Origin: an uncultured Candidatus Poseidoniales archaeon
Lineage (GTDB): Archaea; Thermoplasmatota; Poseidoniia; Poseidoniales; Thalassarchaeaceae
NCBI GenBank assembly: GCA_963997805.1
Contig: CAXEOD010000001.1
Coordinates: 3,635 to 67,634, forward strand
Direction of reading: 5' to 3'
Length of the DNA stretch: 64,000 nt
Position 1 is the first letter of the stretch. Each line of letters begins with the position of its first letter. The notes under the pieces were generated by a model. It made no database searches. It saw only the letters and a program-made list of their open reading frames with translations, and had not been told where the DNA came from. Of the stretch, positions 26,680-36,915 are shown piece after piece. Made by a program: the position numbers and the translations under genes.

Positions 26680-29600
26680 TCACTTGTTCTCTCGCACCCA
26701 ATCCTGAAGTTGTTGCAGTGACCATCCTTGGTCAAAGTAACCTTGAATCGTTGCATCATCCCAGAATGGGAATAGACGCTTTGCTCGGTCCATCTTTGAA
26801 TCCCCTCCAGCAGGAGGCCCATCACCATACCCAGGTGGACCACTACTCTGAGTGGCATAGTCAGCACTACCGCCAGTTTCAGCGCGAGCAGGCCCTCTTG
26901 ACATCGGAGTTACAGCCTCGCCAGCAGGCAAATAATCTTCATCCTCAACGAAGAAATCACCCTCTTCTTCGGATTCTCTTCCTACGTACATCATGATACC
27001 AATTACTAATGCGACAAGAACTAAAATTACAGCAGCAATGCCACCATAAAGTGCCCAGTTGGTTTCAGTACCTCCAGAACTACCTGCTTCACGAATATGG
27101 AATGAAGGTGACTCACCTAATTCATTACCAGCAGCATCGTGTATTTTGAACATAACAGATGAAACAGGTTGCGGGAAAGCTTCAACTTGTACTCTACAAA
27201 TATTATTCATTGCAGGAGTAAAAGTTGTACCACATGAGTAGTTGAAGTTGCTTAATTGGCGGCCTTCAATCACCGTGAAGATTTGTAATTCTAATTCTCC
27301 GGAATCAGTACCAATATTGGTTACATCAACGAGCAGTTCGAATGGTTGTCCTGCCTCTGGTTGACCAGGTGAAATGATAATTTTGTTGATAACGAATTCA
27401 GCTTCCTTGTAGGTTAATGAGTAATCACCACCCTCAACGGCAGCACCAAATTGTCCACCAAGAGCAATACCGTTTCCTGCTGAATCGGTGCCTGTAACCC
27501 AGAACCTCAAATCAACGCCATCAAGGTCTGATGGTAATTCATGGCCAGGCCACAAATCAACACAGTTACCAATTGCACGATTTGGTGATGCTGACAAATC
27601 AAGTTGAAGATCAGCAGACTGCCAAGCATCTGGGAAAGTCGAGCGATATTGACTCCAATTCAAATCGTGCTCGTAGTACATCCAGTTGATTTTCATTGAA
27701 CCTGCTACTAGTTTCTGTCTCTCCTCTATTGCGAAATTGATGTTGACGCAATGAATTGTTGAAGATGGCAGAATATCATTATACTCTTCAGCATCAGAGC
27801 CAGCAGCCAATTGCCATGAATTCCAGACTACAGTGGGTGCCTCATTGTCGACCTTCACATAGAAGGTTTTGTCACCAGTCATTGAGAAATCGTTGGCCCC
27901 TGCTGGCAATGTGTCCTCACAATCTGGATTGTTTACATCCGTTGAGTCGCATACTCTGAAGACATATCGATATTCGTTGGTTGATAATGCCGCTGGAATA
28001 ACCAAGTCAAATGTTCCATTTTCAAAATTATAGTAGAAGACTTCTGTAGCTGCAGCCACATATCCGCTTCCAGGATTATCGGATTCACCACCAGGATAAA
28101 CTGGAGTTCGAGTCAATTCCATTGTCATTGGAATTTCAGGTTGAACGTCAATTCCTGACTCTAATGCAGCCTTGAAGAAGTATTTACCATGGAATTGTAA
28201 TAAATCACCGGGGCGAACAAAGCCACCATCTTGAGAACCAACTGAGTTTGTGATGAAACCTGAAGTATCATCAATAGTTAGAGATTCACTATCAAACTTC
28301 AAACCAGAAGAATATGCCAATAGTTGGATATAGCGACTGCTTGAAAGTTTGCTCTCACCATTCTCTGGATCCAAATCCTTCATGAAAATTTCAGGAGTTA
28401 TCACTCCCTGCAGATTAACCACACCCCAACGCATACGTATCGGTATGTCAACTAAGAATTCTGTCTCAAACGGGTCAATTAGTGCGGTGCCATCCAAGCG
28501 TGTTATACGTGGTCCGATTCCATCCACCTCAGCATTCAAAATATCTGCTGAAGTACTTTCACTCCAAGAAGTTCCGTTGCGAGGTGAGAAGTAAACCACG
28601 AGGTCATTACTAATTGCAGGGTTAAGATCAACTTTGACGTAATCTACATCTCTCCAACCGTTATCGTCAGTACCCTCAACCAACAAATGGTACACATTCC
28701 CAGCATACACTGATTTGTTGAACTCTGTCAAGGGGTTTCCACCAGCATCGCCAACATGGAATGAGTAAATTCCCGGAGGGCGAGATTGCCTGCCGATGTA
28801 GGTAATCAAATCTGATATGAAACCTCCATCTCCGCCATCGATTGAATTACCGGAAATATCAGTACCAGAAACAAACAAACTCGTGCGAGGAGCTGGTTCG
28901 CCGTTGGGGACTGTCAAACCGGTTTGACGGTCGTCAATGCAATCATTTGTTGGTGGACAAGCCAAGTTTGAGATGAAGTAAGTTGTATTTCCATTAACAT
29001 CAGTTGAATCCTCATCAAGAGGTACCGACTGATATTCACTCAAATCTGGAATTCTATCTCCGTTAATATCGTGTTGTGCTTCAACCCAGTAATTCAAAAC
29101 GAATGAAGGGGGAGTCTCAGGAATATCCCTAACCATGACTCGGAACTTTTGGTTAGCCTGAGGTGGTATCCAAGTATCGTCCGCGAGATCTCTCCAGTTC
29201 TGTAATCCCATCACGCTGATGTTGATGAGATAGGGTGAATACTGGTCAATGTAAACTGTCATTGGAATGCCACATTCTACATCAGGTGAAAGGGAAACAG
29301 GAGGGCAATTAGTATCGCCACCAGTATAATTGTCCATGCGTAGCCGATAGGTGTCGTTTCCTGCTGAAAGTTCTGGTATTGCAGGTTGCCACGAGAAGTT
29401 ACCCCCGAGGGTACCTGGGAGTCGGTCAATTTCGTTCCATTGGCTAATATTTGAGTCATTCTGCAATTCAAAGACAAGGGTGTAAGATGCAGGATCAGGA
29501 GCTACTCCTAAGTCCTCAAAACGCACAGTCCCTTCCAAAGTCAACTCATTATTGCTGTGAACATTCTCTAAGTCATTCTGAACTGCATCTGCTTGGTTGT

Positions 29601-32523
29601 AAACTGTCAAGGTAGTAATAGATGCATCATTCTCAACTGCATTACCAACCAATAAATCAAACATTATTGCCGCAGGAAGTCCTTCAGAGCCTGTATCAGT
29701 GATTAGTGTGGCGAACAATCTTGCAGAATTAGAATCATCCCATATTGGGTTTATTCTGAAACGCCAAGTTATCTGTTTACCATTTGCGGTATCAGTCGAA
29801 CTTGACAGAGCGACCATTATGGAAACAAATTCAGATCCACTTTCTGACCAAAATGAACCATTACTTGCAGCCCAACGAAGTTCTGCCCAGCCACTTTCTG
29901 ATTCAAATTGTAGGCTTGCACCAGCGATGGATGTCCCTGTTTCAACAGCAACAGAATGGGTTGTAATTACTTCATAAACCTCACCAGAAGCATAGAATCC
30001 AGTGATATCATCACTCATATTTATGGTAGAATCATATCCATTCTCAGTGTTAATTAGAAGATTATCTAGGACTATGCCACCACCATCATCGGAAGTGAAT
30101 TTCATAGGCACTACAACTTGACCACCCATAGGCTGGCCAAGAGCTACTCCTTGATTCAATTCACGAGCAATTCCATTCTCGTCAGAGAGTGCCCTACTCC
30201 ATGTGTAAAAGATATCAAGGTCTTTCAGATTGATACTTGTAGCAGCCTGAGCAGTTGGATTCTCGAACTTGAAACGGAACTGAATCCATTCGTTCCCATA
30301 TGCATCAATGTGGCCCACTGGCACATTGGGGTCGTCTAACAAAGCCTGTACATGATGGTAAAATTCTGAAAATTCTGAACCAGCGTCGGGAGTTCTCCTG
30401 CTCACATCTCGAGTATATCCAAGATTCTGTGATGAAGGACCAGCCAATAACTCAATTGAAGCATTTCCAATAGCGGAATTATCCCACGATAATTCAGCGT
30501 GATTGACGACTGCTCCCTTTGGCAAGAAGAAGACTGCTCCTTCTGCAACACCATTGATATTCATCGCTAAAGTGGTGTTGTCTGCACCATAATTGATTCC
30601 ATTTACCATCTGTGTCCTAAACATTTGTTGGCGCCCTAGTGAACCAAATGCACTCTCGACCATTCCCCATTCAATATCGCCATCACCGGCAACATCAAGC
30701 TTGACATTTGACATTGTGTGCGCAAATCTAAGTTCCAACCAAATTGAGTAAACGGTACATTGGTCAGAGTATTGTGCCCCGAAGGCCACCATTGTTGATG
30801 GTGAAGAAAATGTCACCCATTGATTATTTACAGGGGTGAACTGTCCTGACTGATTACTATTAGCAAACAATATCAGATTGCGATTCGCAGATCCACAAGA
30901 ATCCTCAATAATTGGTTTCACAGCCATTATCGGAGCACTGAAACGGTTTTTCTCCAACATGGGTGACCAACTGGTATCGTTCATTTTCGGCACATATACA
31001 ATCATGCCACCAGTAACGTCGACGGTCCATTCACCATTATTCAAGTATCCCCCCTCACGAAATACCCCATCAGTAGAGTTGAGGCCAGTGCCGATTTTTG
31101 TTCCAAGGGTAAAACTATACATTATCGGAGTATTCATTCGATTTCCGCCAGAATTATAATTAAAACGAAGGTCGATTAATCCATATTGATCGCTATCAAT
31201 ATCCCAAAGCTCAATCAATTCACCTTCTAAGCCATTCATTGGTTTACCATATTTATCAACAACTGTTTGACCATTTGAAGCATCTAGAACATCAACGGTA
31301 AAAGATCCCGGTCCGGCACTAGCAACCTCAACATCAAGAATCCCATAGCCATTCGGGAATCCAGGATTAGGGTGAGAACGCGGAGCAAATGATTTCATCA
31401 CTACGTTTCCTGATTGAGGTAATGCATCACCTATTCTGAGTGAATCAATATACCACCCAGGCATTGAACTATTTATTGGAGTCCCTAGCAGTGGATTTTT
31501 CTCCATTACGAACTTCAGTTTCACATATTTACCTTCATGTGGTGAAAGGTCAAGAGCAATGTTCGCCCAGCCATTTTGGTTGTTTGCCCACGTACTCATT
31601 CCAGCTAAAACCCAAGCGTCTGCCGGCACTGCAAGAGAACCTTTCCCATTACAAGCTGTCCCAACTTGGTTGACTCCAGTTCCCTTCTGAAATAATCCTT
31701 GAGTTCCCTGCTGTAACCCAGTTGTTGCTCCGATGTCAATGCCAATAAATTCCCAAGGCGACCAACCAACAGCATCAGATGAATTTTGAACAGCAACATA
31801 AGCACAGTCTTCGTAATATTTGTTGCTGCCAGTTGCTACACGATTGTAGAGACTGTGGTAAGAATTGAAAGTCGCTGCTCCTTTAGTTGGAAAGACCCAA
31901 ATGGCTGGACTATCCATTGTATATTCGTAACTTGGCTCTGGTGCATCATCTGTGTAATCAGGGTCATCAAAATTAGTGCCCCAACAATAGTCTCCGGTTG
32001 CGCAACCAGATGCTGGAATATGCATCATTCCTTGTGTTTTCCTTTCCCAATTGAATATGTCCACTGGCATTTGAGGACTCATTCCTTGACTCCCAGTTTC
32101 AAAGTCGGCATTGAATCCCTTGCTCGTTAGAGACAAGGTGGGTGATGTGGATGAGAAAGAACAATCCATAGGATTTGCTGCGTGACAATTAGCATCGTTG
32201 TATGTGGTTAATCCGCTGTTGTAGCGAGCATCCCAAATTCCTCCACCCCCTGATGGCATGAGAGATTGGTCGTATGTTGTGAAATCGTCATGCATGGCAA
32301 AACCAGTTGAAACATTAACGCTTGCTGAAGTAATCGTTTCCCCTTCTGGGAGTGAAATCGCTCCTGTCATACTATCCATAAAATTGCCCGGTTCTCTCAA
32401 TTCAACCTCAACACTAGCAGTCCCATCTGAAAATGTTGTAACCGATGCTGCGGCTGCTGTGGTTGAAAGAATCATCAACCCAAGGATGAGGTAACTGGTG
32501 GCCTTCTTATTCTTGTCATTCAT
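26680..32523 (-). CDS. Giant (1947 aa) cell-surface protein: signal peptide, large extracellular region, C-terminal TM anchor and cytoplasmic Gly/Pro-rich tail
   Basis: N-terminal signal (YLILGLMILSTTAAAAS); C-terminal TM helix (LYGGIAAVILVLVALVIGIMMYV) followed by an EEEGDFF… tail; GGAGAG RBS 6 nt before the ATG. Confidence 0.7.
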   Translation of the reverse strand: MNDKNKKATSYLILGLMILSTTAAAASVTTFSDGTASVEVELREPGNFMDSMTGAISLPEGETITSASVNVSTGFAMHDDFTTYDQSLMPSGGGGIWDARYNSGLTTYNDANCHAANPMDCSFSSTSPTLSLTSKGFNADFETGSQGMSPQMPVDIFNWERKTQGMMHIPASGCATGDYCWGTNFDDPDYTDDAPEPSYEYTMDSPAIWVFPTKGAATFNSYHSLYNRVATGSNKYYEDCAYVAVQNSSDAVGWSPWEFIGIDIGATTGLQQGTQGLFQKGTGVNQVGTACNGKGSLAVPADAWVLAGMSTWANNQNGWANIALDLSPHEGKYVKLKFVMEKNPLLGTPINSSMPGWYIDSLRIGDALPQSGNVVMKSFAPRSHPNPGFPNGYGILDVEVASAGPGSFTVDVLDASNGQTVVDKYGKPMNGLEGELIELWDIDSDQYGLIDLRFNYNSGGNRMNTPIMYSFTLGTKIGTGLNSTDGVFREGGYLNNGEWTVDVTGGMIVYVPKMNDTSWSPMLEKNRFSAPIMAVKPIIEDSCGSANRNLILFANSNQSGQFTPVNNQWVTFSSPSTMVAFGAQYSDQCTVYSIWLELRFAHTMSNVKLDVAGDGDIEWGMVESAFGSLGRQQMFRTQMVNGINYGADNTTLAMNINGVAEGAVFFLPKGAVVNHAELSWDNSAIGNASIELLAGPSSQNLGYTRDVSRRTPDAGSEFSEFYHHVQALLDDPNVPVGHIDAYGNEWIQFRFKFENPTAQAATSINLKDLDIFYTWSRALSDENGIARELNQGVALGQPMGGQVVVPMKFTSDDGGGIVLDNLLINTENGYDSTINMSDDITGFYASGEVYEVITTHSVAVETGTSIAGASLQFESESGWAELRWAASNGSFWSESGSEFVSIMVALSSSTDTANGKQITWRFRINPIWDDSNSARLFATLITDTGSEGLPAAIMFDLLVGNAVENDASITTLTVYNQADAVQNDLENVHSNNELTLEGTVRFEDLGVAPDPASYTLVFELQNDSNISQWNEIDRLPGTLGGNFSWQPAIPELSAGNDTYRLRMDNYTGGDTNCPPVSLSPDVECGIPMTVYIDQYSPYLINISVMGLQNWRDLADDTWIPPQANQKFRVMVRDIPETPPSFVLNYWVEAQHDINGDRIPDLSEYQSVPLDEDSTDVNGNTTYFISNLACPPTNDCIDDRQTGLTVPNGEPAPRTSLFVSGTDISGNSIDGGDGGFISDLITYIGRQSRPPGIYSFHVGDAGGNPLTEFNKSVYAGNVYHLLVEGTDDNGWRDVDYVKVDLNPAISNDLVVYFSPRNGTSWSESTSADILNAEVDGIGPRITRLDGTALIDPFETEFLVDIPIRMRWGVVNLQGVITPEIFMKDLDPENGESKLSSSRYIQLLAYSSGLKFDSESLTIDDTSGFITNSVGSQDGGFVRPGDLLQFHGKYFFKAALESGIDVQPEIPMTMELTRTPVYPGGESDNPGSGYVAAATEVFYYNFENGTFDLVIPAALSTNEYRYVFRVCDSTDVNNPDCEDTLPAGANDFSMTGDKTFYVKVDNEAPTVVWNSWQLAAGSDAEEYNDILPSSTIHCVNINFAIEERQKLVAGSMKINWMYYEHDLNWSQYRSTFPDAWQSADLQLDLSASPNRAIGNCVDLWPGHELPSDLDGVDLRFWVTGTDSAGNGIALGGQFGAAVEGGDYSLTYKEAEFVINKIIISPGQPEAGQPFELLVDVTNIGTDSGELELQIFTVIEGRQLSNFNYSCGTTFTPAMNNICRVQVEAFPQPVSSVMFKIHDAAGNELGESPSFHIREAGSSGGTETNWALYGGIAAVILVLVALVIGIMMYVGRESEEEGDFFVEDEDYLPAGEAVTPMSRGPARAETGGSADYATQSSGPPGYGDGPPAGGDSKMDRAKRLFPFWDDATIQGYFDQGWSLQQLQDWVRENK

Positions 32524-32609
32524 GTGTATCTCTCCGGAACCGCTATGCGGTTCATGAAACCGAGCGCCGAGTCACATTTAATCTCAATGGGCCAATGACT
32601 GTGGCAAAC

Positions 32610-33290
32610 TTACTGCAAAAGTGGTTCATCTCTGCGTTTTGAATAGCATTTTTCGGCCAAATTTGCCAATCCTCCAAGATTTCCTTCATTCGCTTCAAGT
32701 CGAGTAATATTTGCCACTGTAGTCGGGTGTTTTGGTCCCAAAACATCACATAATTCTGGTCCTTTACTTACATCGAATGTTCCAAGAACTCGCGCTTCAT
32801 CAATTATCTCTTGTTTATCCAGCCCTAGAAGAGGTCTGAGAATTGGCCTGTTTGAAGATTTTTCGACCGCACCAAGGTTCCCCAAGGTTTGACTTGATAC
32901 TTGCCCGAGATTTTCACCAGTGATGAGGTGAGTTGCACCAACTTCATCAGCAACCATGCAACCAAGTATATTGAACAATCTCTTCATGTGAACGAAATAA
33001 TCCCGATGAGATTCTGAAGCAGTGAACATCGCTAGTGTTTCTCCTACTGGAATGACTGTCAGTTTATCAGAAATTTTCCCCCCATTCTCTGCTAATGGAC
33101 CATCAGGGTTAGCGAGTAATGCAAGTGTGCCAAGTGTTTTTTCTTCCGCTTCTCGACCAGTAATTGGCTCTTGAGAACAATGCATTGGATGAATTGTCCA
33201 CCCTGACTGCACCATACGCGCGACCGCCACTGGTGAATCAATGCCACCAGATACCAAGGCCACAGCCACCTTGTCGCCCCCGCCTTCCAT
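32610..33290 (-). CDS. ThiI-like PP-loop ATPase domain protein with no THUMP domain
   Basis: VALVSGGIDSPVAVARM matches the ThiI PP-loop (SGGxDSPVA); 226 aa, which is only the adenylyltransferase domain. Confidence 0.5.
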   Translation of the reverse strand: MEGGGDKVAVALVSGGIDSPVAVARMVQSGWTIHPMHCSQEPITGREAEEKTLGTLALLANPDGPLAENGGKISDKLTVIPVGETLAMFTASESHRDYFVHMKRLFNILGCMVADEVGATHLITGENLGQVSSQTLGNLGAVEKSSNRPILRPLLGLDKQEIIDEARVLGTFDVSKGPELCDVLGPKHPTTVANITRLEANEGNLGGLANLAEKCYSKRRDEPLLQ

Positions 33291-33403
33291 AGGGGTCCGA
33301 GAACACTCTTACGCATGAGCACTTCTCTTACAACATCCGTTCTTTGAGTGTAGGATGAACAAGGATTGATGAGGGATGAGCATCGGCCAAGGTTACGATT
33401 ACG

Positions 33404-33865
33404 ATGACGAATAAGCCCTTCACGACTGAGCCAGTTGTACTACTTCAGGAAGTTTTCCCTGGGGATACCAATGCCTACAACACCCTTTTTGGAGGGCGTT
33501 TACTCTCAATAATGGATACCGCTGCTGGGATTGTCTCTAGTAAATTCGCCCATCGTGAGTTCGTTACAGTCAGCATTGATTCCCTCAAATTCAAACGACC
33601 TGCATACCAAGGGGATTTGATTGAAGTTACTGCACAAGTGGTTTTCACCTCAACCCACACTGCCGGATGTCATGTTATTGCTAGACGACTAGACCGCAGT
33701 GTTTGGGAATCTGAAGAAATCTGTACTGGCTTTTTTTTCATGGTTGCAATTGATAATCAAATGAGGCCGATACCAATTCCACAGTTTGTCCCAAAAAGTG
33801 ACGAAGAAAAGAAACTGTGGAATTCAGCAGAGACTGCACGTGATGCAATGAAGGCATCTGACTAA
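33404..33865 (+). CDS. Hotdog-fold acyl-CoA thioesterase (YciA/acyl-CoA hydrolase family)
   Basis: …GDTNAYNTLFGGRLLSIMDTAAGIV… and …GDLIEVTAQVVFTSTHTAGCHV… are typical of acyl-CoA thioester hydrolases. Confidence 0.75.
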   Translation: MTNKPFTTEPVVLLQEVFPGDTNAYNTLFGGRLLSIMDTAAGIVSSKFAHREFVTVSIDSLKFKRPAYQGDLIEVTAQVVFTSTHTAGCHVIARRLDRSVWESEEICTGFFFMVAIDNQMRPIPIPQFVPKSDEEKKLWNSAETARDAMKASD

Positions 33866-33888
33866 GCGACGGGTTCAATTCTAATGGG

Positions 33889-34908
33889 TTGTCCGCCCCC
33901 ACCATGACGGTGTTGAATGTGGCTTTCGTCGGCTCTCAGGAATTCGCCAAGAGCATTGCTAAACTCAATGACACAAGAGATATAGAGAGTTACGTATTCA
34001 AGATGGTACAAGATGATGAAGTAAAGATTCTCTCACTTCTTCGACCACTACGCCACCCAGAAAAACTTAGGCCATTACTCAGTATCCTCAACGTTGCTAG
34101 AGCAGGGGTTGTTGAAATATCCAAAGTTGATGCCTCACTTGGAGAAATTCTTGTCGCTTTTGGCTGTTCCGGAATAGAGAATGGCCATATCATTATTCGT
34201 CCTGCTGACGGTGAATGGGTTGACCCAGAACAAGTCAAGATGATTCAACAACAAGCCGGATTATCTTCTTGGACTTTACACGAAAATCCACTTGACGAGC
34301 ACCAAATGCGAACACTTCTCTTTGCCGAACTTGATAAGTTAGCAGACCATTCTGCACAGCCTCTAGTAATTCCTGTTGATCAATATTTCAATGTAAAAGG
34401 AGTTGGATTAGTTGCAATTGGTTATGTGCAATCTGGAACTGTTAACAAGCACGACCGATTGTTAGCTCTACCTACTGCTGAATCTGGTGTGACTCGCTCC
34501 CTACAAGTGATGGATGATGATGTTGATACTGCAAGGGCTGGTGACCGGGTTGGTGTCGCGATGCGGGATTTACGTGAAGCAGCACTTGAGCGAGGAAGTA
34601 TCCTTGTTCATCCTGACGACGATGGAAATTACAATGAGTCTATCATTAAACATCTAAAAAGTCGCATAGAATTAGTCAAAGCACCATTCCAACAGAAAGA
34701 AATTGCTGTCGGAGATGTAATTCATGCCGCAGTTGACTTGCAATTTATTGTTGGCCGAGTTGAATCAATTGAAGGAGATGAGTTAGAGGTAACTTGGGAC
34801 CAACCATTGTTCTTACGACAAGTGTCACAACCAAGAGTCTTGATTAATCAACTGGATGCAAAAATGAGACTCCTTGGTTTCAGCACTAATCTAACCCTCT
34901 TAGAATAA
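33889..34908 (+). CDS. EF-Tu/EF-1alpha/aIF2gamma-like paralog with a degenerate GTPase domain
   Basis: Domain II/III beta-barrel motifs (…VIPVDQYFNVKGVGLVAIGYVQSGTVNKHDRLLALPT…ARAGDRVGVAMRDL…), but the P-loop is GSQEFAKS (G-to-A) and the NKxD/SAx motifs are absent; 339 aa. Confidence 0.5.
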   Translation: MSAPTMTVLNVAFVGSQEFAKSIAKLNDTRDIESYVFKMVQDDEVKILSLLRPLRHPEKLRPLLSILNVARAGVVEISKVDASLGEILVAFGCSGIENGHIIIRPADGEWVDPEQVKMIQQQAGLSSWTLHENPLDEHQMRTLLFAELDKLADHSAQPLVIPVDQYFNVKGVGLVAIGYVQSGTVNKHDRLLALPTAESGVTRSLQVMDDDVDTARAGDRVGVAMRDLREAALERGSILVHPDDDGNYNESIIKHLKSRIELVKAPFQQKEIAVGDVIHAAVDLQFIVGRVESIEGDELEVTWDQPLFLRQVSQPRVLINQLDAKMRLLGFSTNLTLLE

Positions 34909-35090
34909 GCATTAGATATACATCGCTAGAAGGGGTAATTTTTACCGCACTCAAAGAACCACTCACTAGACCGGCCTGAACACCCTCTTCTCTTGGGTAA
35001 TATGTATAAGCAGACCGCTATCCTGCTAGTTCCGGGATGCGCACTAGGGTTAGGCCCTAAACGATGAATAGAGTAGAAGGGGGCAGGTGA

Positions 35091-36896
35091 TTGGAGAACG
35101 AAAAATTCGCGCCGTTGAAGATGGCTGGTGTTGAGGGCCAAATCACTGCCATTTTGACCAATGATAATCTTCTATTGGAGCGCAATGACCGTAAAGGTAT
35201 GAGAATTGATTTGGATACGATAACTCGTATTCGCCACCACAACGTTGCCTTCACACCACCACTAGTCACATTGTTTGGTGTACTAGCCATCCTCTCTAGT
35301 TTCAGAGTTTTTACTGGGGTAATACAATATTACGCTTTTATTCTAGGTGTCAGCGCATTACTCGCTTGGTTATTAGGAAGAAGACCCGCTCTTTGTATTG
35401 ATACAAAACAAGGTGACCGTCACCTATTACACGGGCGCGACCATTTATTGCATCGCCTATACACTATTCTTGATCGCATGTCAGATGGTTACACTTTGGA
35501 TGATGCGGTAATAGGATTGGAAGAATTACAACAACCAGAGTTGGCTCTAATCGGTGATATTGAGGATATTCGTTACGAAGCGGGTTCAGTTGCTGTTGCC
35601 GAGGCTGAATTGCAATTGGTTGGTGTTGATGAGTCTCTTGAACAAGCCCTTGCAAAATTACATAGGAACAAAAGTCCAAACACCATTCCCTCTGAGATTG
35701 TGAGTAGAGCCTCCAACTCACCTCAGCCAACTGATAGTTCTGCATATGAGAAAGTTTGGGGAAGGGGGGAACCTGATTGGTACTCAGAAAAAGAAAATGA
35801 CCCGGATCAAACCAGTATGATGGAACGTTCCACAAAGGCATTGGCAGAGCAGAGAGAACAAAGACACACAGCAGCCTCAAGTTATGATACTCCATTCCAA
35901 TTACCTGACTATTCAAACCAACCAAGTTCATCTAGTGTGACCACATTACCAGTTGACGGCCCTCCTGCAAGCCCACCATTGAATCGAGCACATGCAGCGG
36001 CTCTAGAGGCAAGTGAGGCTAACTTTGATTCTGGTGGACTATTCGATATGTTTGACGATTTGGATAGTGCTAGTGAATCCTCAGCAGTTACCCCCCATAC
36101 TAATGGAATATCATCACCATCCACCAATTTACCTGCAGTCACTCAACCTAGTTGGAAAAGACCTACTGACTCTAATGTTTCATCCTACGCCATGTTGAGT
36201 GAAGCTGCTGGTCCGAATTTGCCAGAGCCAACTCGGGTTGCATTACGTTCTAACCTGCCAACAAGTCCAGGTCTAGTCGCATCTGCAGCGGTCAAAACCA
36301 TAGAAGAACAACCACCATTGCCTGAACAACTTCAAAGATCATTCAATCAAATTAACAAGCCTCACCCATTAGCATCATACCCTGCTCTCAATCGGATGCA
36401 GAAACAATATGCACGTGATCCTCGAATAAGGGTGAATCGTTCATACAGTCGTAGACGTGGGGCATTGAAAGCAATCGGAGAATGGGTCAAACCCGGACTG
36501 AAGAGAATTGAAAGCAGTGGAAAGGACATCACTCGGAAATTAATTGGTGCGGGTGACGGATACAGAGATGTTTACGGCGACGATGATGGAAATCAAAATG
36601 ATGACTTTGAAGAAACTCAATTAAATTCAACCCAAATCCTCCGTTTACGTGCTGATCAAGACTCACAGTCTGATGTTCAAGCGCGTTTGCGATTGTTAAC
36701 TACCAACGGAGGCGGTGCAATAGCTGATGATTTAGCAAACCGCACATTACGCGGAATCTCAAGCAGTAGCAGAAGTGAAGGATTCACTCTCTCAGGAATG
36801 GAATCTGAGAAATTAAGTGCACCTGAAAATTTCAATGGCATGGTTGCTAGCAACGAGCCAGCGCCAAGATTTGCTGGAATGCAACGACTTGGATGA
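35091..36896 (+). CDS. Hypothetical membrane protein with an N-terminal PH-like domain and a long Ser/Pro-rich disordered region
   Basis: N-terminal bacterial-PH-like segment followed by two TM helices (LVTLFGVLAILSSF…YYAFILGVSALLAWLL); the remaining roughly 450 aa are low complexity. Confidence 0.4.
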   Translation: MENEKFAPLKMAGVEGQITAILTNDNLLLERNDRKGMRIDLDTITRIRHHNVAFTPPLVTLFGVLAILSSFRVFTGVIQYYAFILGVSALLAWLLGRRPALCIDTKQGDRHLLHGRDHLLHRLYTILDRMSDGYTLDDAVIGLEELQQPELALIGDIEDIRYEAGSVAVAEAELQLVGVDESLEQALAKLHRNKSPNTIPSEIVSRASNSPQPTDSSAYEKVWGRGEPDWYSEKENDPDQTSMMERSTKALAEQREQRHTAASSYDTPFQLPDYSNQPSSSSVTTLPVDGPPASPPLNRAHAAALEASEANFDSGGLFDMFDDLDSASESSAVTPHTNGISSPSTNLPAVTQPSWKRPTDSNVSSYAMLSEAAGPNLPEPTRVALRSNLPTSPGLVASAAVKTIEEQPPLPEQLQRSFNQINKPHPLASYPALNRMQKQYARDPRIRVNRSYSRRRGALKAIGEWVKPGLKRIESSGKDITRKLIGAGDGYRDVYGDDDGNQNDDFEETQLNSTQILRLRADQDSQSDVQARLRLLTTNGGGAIADDLANRTLRGISSSSRSEGFTLSGMESEKLSAPENFNGMVASNEPAPRFAGMQRLG

Positions 36897-36915
36897 TTAG
36901 AACAGAACTGTAAAT

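Noticed and set aside
26718-32494. Short plus-strand ORFs inside the 1947-aa surface protein gene, and the 26661-26867 ORF
   Set aside because: Embedded in or antisense to a long well-supported ORF; no RBS or motif support.
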